A stretch of DNA of 63,025 bases, filler included, from Lenisia limosa (taxonomy: Eukaryota > Protista > Breviatea), in NCBI GenBank assembly GCA_001655205.1. It is 11 parts of 11 records of this genome, joined end to end, with 100 filler letters (N's around TTAATTAATTAA, not from the genome) between each part and the next. Parts side by side here need not be neighbours in the genome. Positions count along the whole stretch, not along the records: positions 57,208 to 58,686 come from LPNZ01005981.1; positions 58,787 to 61,619 come from LPNZ01004215.1; positions 61,720 to 63,025 come from LPNZ01011504.1; 8 more parts are not named here. One strand, given 5' to 3'. The notes under the pieces were generated by a model. The model saw only the letters and a program-made list of their open reading frames with translations, was not told the DNA's origin and made no database searches. Numbering within the stretch: position 1 is the stretch's first letter; each line of letters opens with the position of its first letter. This document shows positions 57,108-63,025 of the stretch, piece after piece. The position numbers and the translations under genes were made by a program.

Positions 57108-57207
57108 NNNNNNNNNNNNNNNNNNNNNNNNNNNNNNNNNNNNNNNNNNNNTTAATTAATTAANNNNNNNNNNNNNNNNNNNNNNNNNNNNNNNNNNNNN
57201 NNNNNNN

Positions 57208-58537
57208 GAACTTCTTCTCAAACATCTCGACAAGGGGGATGGCGTCCTTATGGGGCACGGAGATCTGCAAAGTGAGAAATTAGGCCTCTGTTTTCCTAAT
57301 TGTGTCATTAATGTCGGATGTAGAGTGACATATTTCAGACATTTTCATTCAAATTTTGAAAAATATTTCTCCAACATTATTTACGCGGAGATCTAAAAAT
57401 GCAAGCTCAAGGGATGGAAAAAATATTTCGTCTTCAGCAGGTGTATAATAATACTCAGCAGTCCTGCATTTTGAAGACGACTGATATTCCCAATTATAAT
57501 TCTTTTGCTTAGCCACACGCAAAATTGAATTTCCCCAATATGACACAGATAATTGTGGTATTCTGGTTCTTTTTGACCGGATCAAAACCAGGAAGGCACA
57601 AAAAAGGCCAACCTCAAAGCCGTCTTCACCAGTGTAGCCGCAGCGAGAAATCTGGGCATCCTTGGAGGGTACCTGGGGTGGGGGTGAGAGTGTTACAATT
57701 ATTATTATATTTACATGTATATTGAAGAAAGCAACATTAAATTCATATTAAATTCATAATCAGTCATATTTAAGTCAAATTACATTCACCCCNNNNNNNN
57801 NNNNNNNNNNNNNNNNNNNNNNNNNNNNNNNNNNNNNNNNNNNNNNNNNNNNNNNNNNNNNNNNNNNNNNNNNNNNNNNNGAAGGCGGAGATAGCCTCGC
57901 GAGCGCGGGGCCCTGGGTTTTTATTAATAAAAAGTGGTAATCTACAAAAGAACTTCACTTAATGTGATAATAAAAGACTATCACATGGGCTTGAAAACCA
58001 AAATAAGACTGAAGTCCTATTTATTTTTTTATTCCATGCTCAAGTATTCAAGGCGAAAATTGCCTGTAACCCCCCCACCCTGAAGAGCAACAAGCGAATG
58101 TCCCTCCATGACTTCGAGATGAGCGTCACCCTTGAAGTCCTCAAGATTGGCTCGGATGTGCTTCAAGTCCTTCTCGGTGCAGCCTGGGGGGGTGGGGTGG
58201 GGTTATATGTTCTACATATCAAATGATTGTATATGTTGACCCATATTCACAAGTGATACGATCATATGACCGACTTTTAAGTCGAAATGATGAACGAAGA
58301 TAACACGAGGGTTCATCCCGAGTGTATCATTGAGACTTGTCGGTCAATTATCATACGAGTGGATATGAGGTACCATATCACTGCGTGGAAAATGATGTGA
58401 AAATGATCCAAAAAGTGATACGATGACCCCTTCACACCAGTATCCAATATGACCCCTTCACACCAGCGTTGAGAACGATGTAGAGGTGGTCGTCATAACA
58501 GGAAATCATGGTATCATCAATGATGCCTCCCTCCTAA
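57208..58537 (-). CDS. AMT: Glycine cleavage system T protein (aminomethyltransferase), internal fragment
   Basis: EGGIIDDTMI...LYIVLNAGCTEKDLKHI...SLVALQGP, ISRCGYTGEDGFEISVP: GcvT signature motifs across GT-AG introns. Confidence 0.92.
58232..58410 (+). mobile_element. Family E copy in a GcvT intron
   Basis: Matches 8175-8372 including both inverted ends. Confidence 0.85.
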
Positions 58538-58785
58538 GACATTAATGATGTTGACATGAATGATGTTGTTTTGCAATCCCAATTCCCATATTTATTCCCT
58601 CGGTTTATACAGGGTTATTGCCCTATCAAAGGCACATAACGTACTACTTTGGTTGTTTCGATTTGAAATGCAGTCATATCACATTGNNNNNNNNNNNNNN
58701 NNNNNNNNNNNNNNNNNNNNNNNNNNNNNNTTAATTAATTAANNNNNNNNNNNNNNNNNNNNNNNNNNNNNNNNNNNNNNNNNNN

Positions 58786-61619
58786 NTAGTGGGCAGCTTG
58801 TTGTCGAAAATGTCCTGCCAAGGTAACACAAAGCTGAAAAGAAGGTTCCAATTGAGGCTCGGACGAGAATTACTTGGACTCCGCACAAATAATTTAAGTG
58901 AGTCATATTGTGATGAGAACGTAATTTCAGCCACTGTACTTTCAAATTTTGGCAACCAATCCTCAAAAAATTAACTGCACGGGGTCGGTTATTATTGCCC
59001 ATTGAATGCCCACAGCTCTCTTGGCTAGAAGATCGATGGTGTTGATGGCGACTTGGCGCACGGACTGGTCTGGATCGGATGACAAGCATGCGGCCGGCTC
59101 CACGCACTGAGGGGGGGGGGAGAGTAAAATTAGAAAATGGATGAAACAAAAACAAAAACAAAAAAAGCCCAAATCGACTCTGTTGGCTGACAGCACACGG
59201 CTGATAACAACAAAACAAACAAAGCCAGGCCAGTCGCGTCTGCAGCACCGCATCACTCCAGCGTACAGGGTGGGGTAAGGATTGGGGGTGACGGGGTGAG
59301 ATAGAGTGAAACACAAAATTGACTTTAACTATATCTCAGAGCTCATATGCAAAATTGACCCCAACTGAATCACGTGTATCAGAGCTTATTAACACCTGTC
59401 GCTCACATTGGGAGGGAAGAGCATGCCTTCACGATGAGCGATGTAGATGAGCCGAATAGCCTCCAACCGGACCTATAGCAGTGAATACAGGCAAAAGTAC
59501 CGGCATATTAAAAGCATGAGTTGGTAAGAGGACTTCACTCCGGTCGTAAAAAAAAGACCGGTGAAATATTATTTCTCGAGGATTTAATGAGAATTTAGAC
59601 TTTTTTATCGGATTGAAGTGAAGCCACAGTTGGTAAACAGAAGAGTTGCAAGTAGCCTGTCACCTTAGAATCCCTGTATGGCCAACCTTAGAATCCCTAT
59701 GGGCACACGCCTTGACAACAAGGTCGAAATTGTCCCTCACGACGCCGTCCACAATGGAGTCTTCGTGTCCAGACGCGGCAATTTCAGCCTGGCTGATGTT
59801 TTTGGTTGCTGGGGGGGGGGGGGTAAANNNNNNNNNNNNNNNNNNNNNNNNNNNNNNNNNNNNNNNNNNNNNNNNNNNNNNNNNNNNNNNNNNNNNNNNN
59901 NNNNNNNNNNTGGCTGACGACACACGAGGGTTGATAACATCAAAACAAACAAAGCCCAGCCAGTCGCTTCTGAAGCAACGCATCTCGTGAACATGAAAAA
60001 AGAAGCAAACCTACATCCCTTAGTAAAGATCTCTTATATCCCTCATATCTAGTAGGGCTTCCCCACTGTCCGAAAAAAGACCGTCAAAATATCGAAAATA
60101 TTCGAGGATTTAACGACAGATTCACCCATACCAACAACATCCTCTTTTAGCCTTTATTCCAACAACACTCCTCTTTTAGCCCTGATGCCAACAACACTCC
60201 TCTTATAGCCCTCATACCGACAGCGGTCTTCTGTCGGCGTATCACAGCCCTTTGGTTGTTTTCAATAAAGCGTGACAGGGACAACAACAACGCACGCTAG
60301 ATGGTCAGAACGCTATGAAACTGTACTTTGCTGGAAGTGGCAGTATTTCGAGTTAGATGCAGTATTTCGAGGTTTACTTGTAATATATCGCATATTTCAA
60401 GAATTAGTTGATAAGTCCCTCTCAATGCCCACCTGGACCTCAGCGGTGCTAGAGAGACAGGCCTCAATTGCAGCCTTGGCTGGTGGCTGGTTCAGCAGCA
60501 GGGGTTGGAGGTAGGCTGAGGAGCAGAGCGATTTCACAGCGCTGGGAGGGGGGGGATGAAGAATGGACAACTTTTGAAACAGAATAAAAGACAATCAACT
60601 TTTTTAAGCAAAACAAAAAGAGCTGAGATGAGGATGCAATTAAAGAAGGCCGGGTAAACTTGCCAGTGGCGTACTGAGATTTAATGGATTCGTTGGGATG
60701 TCTGACATAGGGCAAAATGGCGGCAAAAGTGCGAGCCGTTACCTCAGCCTGAAGAAGGGGGGGGAGTTAAATTGGATTTAAATTTATGAAACAAAAAAAA
60801 AGCCCGAAATCAACTCTGTTGGATGANNNNNNNNNNNNNNNNNNNNNNNNNNNNNNNNNNNNNNNNNNNNNNNNNNNNNNNNNNNNNNNNNNNNNNNNNN
60901 NNNNNNNNGTATTATTTAGGCTTCTTATTTCAAACTTGACAGACTCCCTGCAATTTTTTTTTGAGGAAATCTATTGCCAAAATTTGAAACTAAAGTGGCT
61001 GGCTGAATAACGTTCTCGTTAAAATATGACTCACTTGAAATTTTGAAATTAATTTCTCAATTATTTGCAGTCCTACTTGAAACCCCAGCTCTAAGCCTAC
61101 GAATGGAAGGGCATGTGACACGACCCCATCGTCCTCTTGAATGCGAAGGTTTGAGGCTTGCGAAAAATCCAACTCGGAGACAAGATGGGAAGCCGTGAGT
61201 AATGACCTGAGATGTCAGAAAAAAACTGATGGTAAAAGTGGCCTTGCTTCAACTTGCCCCATATGGTAAGCTATCTTTCCACATTTGGTAAGTCAAGGCC
61301 AACCTGAGAATGCGGCCTGCGATGGCGGGGTTTTTCAAATCCTTGCTTTTGGCCAGGGTGATGAGAGAGTCTAAAAAGTCAAGCTCGTACATTTGCTGGT
61401 AGTGCAATGATTGAAATGACCCAATTGAATAAGTCTAAACCCTCCAGAAAAATTATCACAGATCTATTTGTGATTTATCCAAGACAGTTACTGGGTGACA
61501 CCCTTATATCAGTCTAAACCCCCCAGACTTGTGAAGAGATGGAGCACCCTGCGAGCGCCTCGGTAGTTGTTGCTTTGCGCCACAACGCGCGCGAAACACA
61601 GCGACGTCGACCGGATAAG
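58786..61619 (-). CDS. NIPBL: NIPBL/Scc2 cohesin loader, C-terminal HEAT fragment
   Basis: ILRSLLTASHLVSELDF and VVRDNFDLVVKACAHRDSKVRLEAIRLIYIAHREGMLFPPNCVEPAACLSSDPDQSVRQVA align by eye, ungapped in the latter part, with NIPBL 'LLRSLFTVGALCRHFDF' and 'FFHTQSSVRHFALNVIALTLNQGLIHPVQCVPYLIAMGTDPEPAMR'. Confidence 0.8.
59107..59250 (-). mobile_element. Family A element, full-length reference copy, forming an acceptor in NIPBL
   Basis: cggtgctgcagacgcgactggcctggctttgtttg...gtcagccaacagagtcgatttgggc...aattttactctcccccccccctcAG before CVEPAAC. Further NIPBL copies at 59809-59984, 60542-60602 (diverged) and 60749-60826. Confidence 0.9.
59528..59628. mobile_element. Family D hAT-type MITE with perfect 8-bp target duplication
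   Basis: gttggtaa|GAGGACTTCAC...GTGAAGCCACA|gttggtaa. Confidence 0.88.
60132..60212. repeat. Minisatellite, 3 units of ccaacaacactcctcttttagcc
   Basis: Direct repeats visible in a NIPBL intron. Confidence 0.85.
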
Positions 61620-61719
61620 NNNNNNNNNNNNNNNNNNNNNNNNNNNNNNNNNNNNNNNNNNNNTTAATTAATTAANNNNNNNNNNNNNNNNNNNNNNNNN
61701 NNNNNNNNNNNNNNNNNNN

Positions 61720-63025
61720 TCTGTTGGCTAGCAACACACGAAAGTATAGTTATACAATGGAGGAGCGGGTGGGGCATTATATCGGCAAGTTCACAAACCC
61801 CTTCCATCTGAATCCCTTCAATCTGCCCTGCTATGTCTTCATTATACCCTATATGAGGTATACAGTATTGTTTTGTATTTCACTTTGCTATATGATGTAC
61901 CATTTACATCTCTTAAAACCCCCATCTTATTCCCAAGTCTTTCACTGACCATGTTATTTAAATCCCTTCAAAAGACAACCCCGAACCAGTTTCCATGATA
62001 GCGCCTCTTTCGTTAGGCGAATTGGGCACGTCAAAAAGATGGGCTCCTGCGGGGAGTAAAAATGGAAAATGTAGGAAAATGGAAAATTTATGAATTTGGT
62101 CAAAAGAGAAAAAATACACTAAAAACAACACCTCATGCCATCAATTAGCATTGCAGCCCCAATTAGCCTTACACAATTATCCTTACACCTAGGACTTCAC
62201 TTTGGTTAAAAAACAGACTGAATTTCTTGATAAATCCTCGATAAATATCGATATTTCATCGGTATTTTTCGAACCAAAGTGCAGCCCTTCTCACACCCCC
62301 TCACCAAAGGCCTCGCAGATTTTGGTGACTTTCCTTTTTGATAGAGCGCCCTGGAAGAAGACCACAAAAACTGTCTTCGATTGGGCTGGCTGAGGGGGTG
62401 AGTTCTTACGAGGTTGGGGGGGGGGGNNNNNNNNNNNNNNNNNNNNNNNNNNNNNNNNNNNNNNNNNNNNNNNNNNNNNNNNNNNNNNNNNNNNNNNNNN
62501 NNNNNNNNNNNNNNNNNNNNNNNNNNNNNNNNNNNNNNNNNNNNNNNNNNNNNNNNNNNNNNNNNNNNNNNNNNNNNNNNNNNNNNNNNNNNNNNNNNNN
62601 NNNNNNNCCCCTTCCTTGTCATTTGTGAACTGATTTGTGACACGAAATATTCTGATTCAATAATCATGGAGCCGAGTGAGTGTATGTTGAAATGAAAGTA
62701 ATGTGGAGTCTTCAAAAGCCTCAAAAACAAACAATCTTAACATTATTCAATATCCCCCCAACACAACACACACACCTATAATAACACCACCTCCAACTAG
62801 GGCTTCACTTCGGTTCGAAAAAAGTCTGAATATCTCGATAAATCTCCGAAAACTATCGATATTTTACCGGTCTTTTTCGAACCGAAGTGAAGCCCAACAC
62901 ACCCAGAATAACAACCCTCCCCTCCCCACGAATTCGTCGTTATCGATATGGACCTGGTGGAGCACGTAGTTGCCTCTAATCGCACGGTGCAGGATACTTT
63001 CGAAGGAAAGCATGGACAAACGAGG
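61720..63025 (-). CDS. ATP6V0A: V-ATPase V0 subunit a, N-terminal domain fragment
   Basis: FESILHRAIRGNYVLHQ and KTVFVVFFQGALSKRKVTKICEAFGAHLFDVP match subunit a 'FERMLWRVCRGN' and 'KSVFIIFFQG...KKICEGF'. Confidence 0.9.
62047..62098 (-). mobile_element. Family A 3' portion forming an acceptor in the V-ATPase gene
   Basis: ttcataaattttccattttcc...tttactccccgcAG before exon GAHLFDVP. Confidence 0.65.
62190..62289. mobile_element. Family D MITE with 7/8 target duplication
   Basis: cttacacc|TAGGACTTCAC...GTGCAGCCCTT|ctcacacc. Confidence 0.85.
62798..62897. mobile_element. Family D MITE, best-preserved TIRs
   Basis: GGGCTTCACTTCGGTTCGAAAAAAG...CTTTTTCGAACCGAAGTGAAGCCC. Confidence 0.9.

Noticed and set aside
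59230-59250. Family A as a complete GT...AG (or GC...AG) intron starting at GTGCTGCAG or GCCTGG
   Set aside because: NIPBL and FAD synthase protein alignments are ungapped only if the donor lies well upstream (59397, about 22969), so in these copies the element is just the 3' part of the intron.
58980-59480. SCYL1-like HEAT protein
   Set aside because: Flanking exons match NIPBL/Scc2 continuously and better.
39039-61619. Cluster of genome-maintenance genes (ATM, WDHD1, NIPBL)
   Set aside because: Separated by artificial spacers; adjacency between contigs is not evidence of linkage.
20835-61675. TTAATTAATTAA recurring ten times as a biological motif
   Set aside because: Always centred in 44+44 N: an assembly spacer with stops in all frames.

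Overview
AT-rich, very intron-dense eukaryotic (protist-like) DNA using the standard genetic code; the organism cannot be identified from sequence alone. It is not one continuous locus: ten 100-bp spacers (44 N + TTAATTAATTAA + 44 N) join separate contigs, so several genes are truncated and neighbourhoods across spacers are not biological. Spliced genes reconstructed by eye: ATM/Tel1 kinase (-), FAD synthase fragment (-), RPL21 (+), a PSI-domain surface protein (-), an acid sphingomyelinase-like phosphodiesterase (+), an unknown gene (-), WDHD1/Ctf4 (+), DCAF7/WDR68 (-), a protein with duplicated SPQPKKSxLK exons (-), a coiled-coil fragment (-), glycine-cleavage T protein (-), NIPBL/Scc2 (-) and V-ATPase subunit a (-). 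Introns carry several short dispersed repeat families: a TA-flanked Tc1-type MITE, an 8-bp-TSD hAT-type MITE, a nested-palindrome element, and minisatellites. The most unusual signal is a ~140-nt element (family A), almost always in the sense orientation, whose 3' end forms the C-tract and AG acceptor of about a dozen introns in at least six unrelated genes, with variable 5' truncation. No rRNA, tRNA or CRISPR array was seen.
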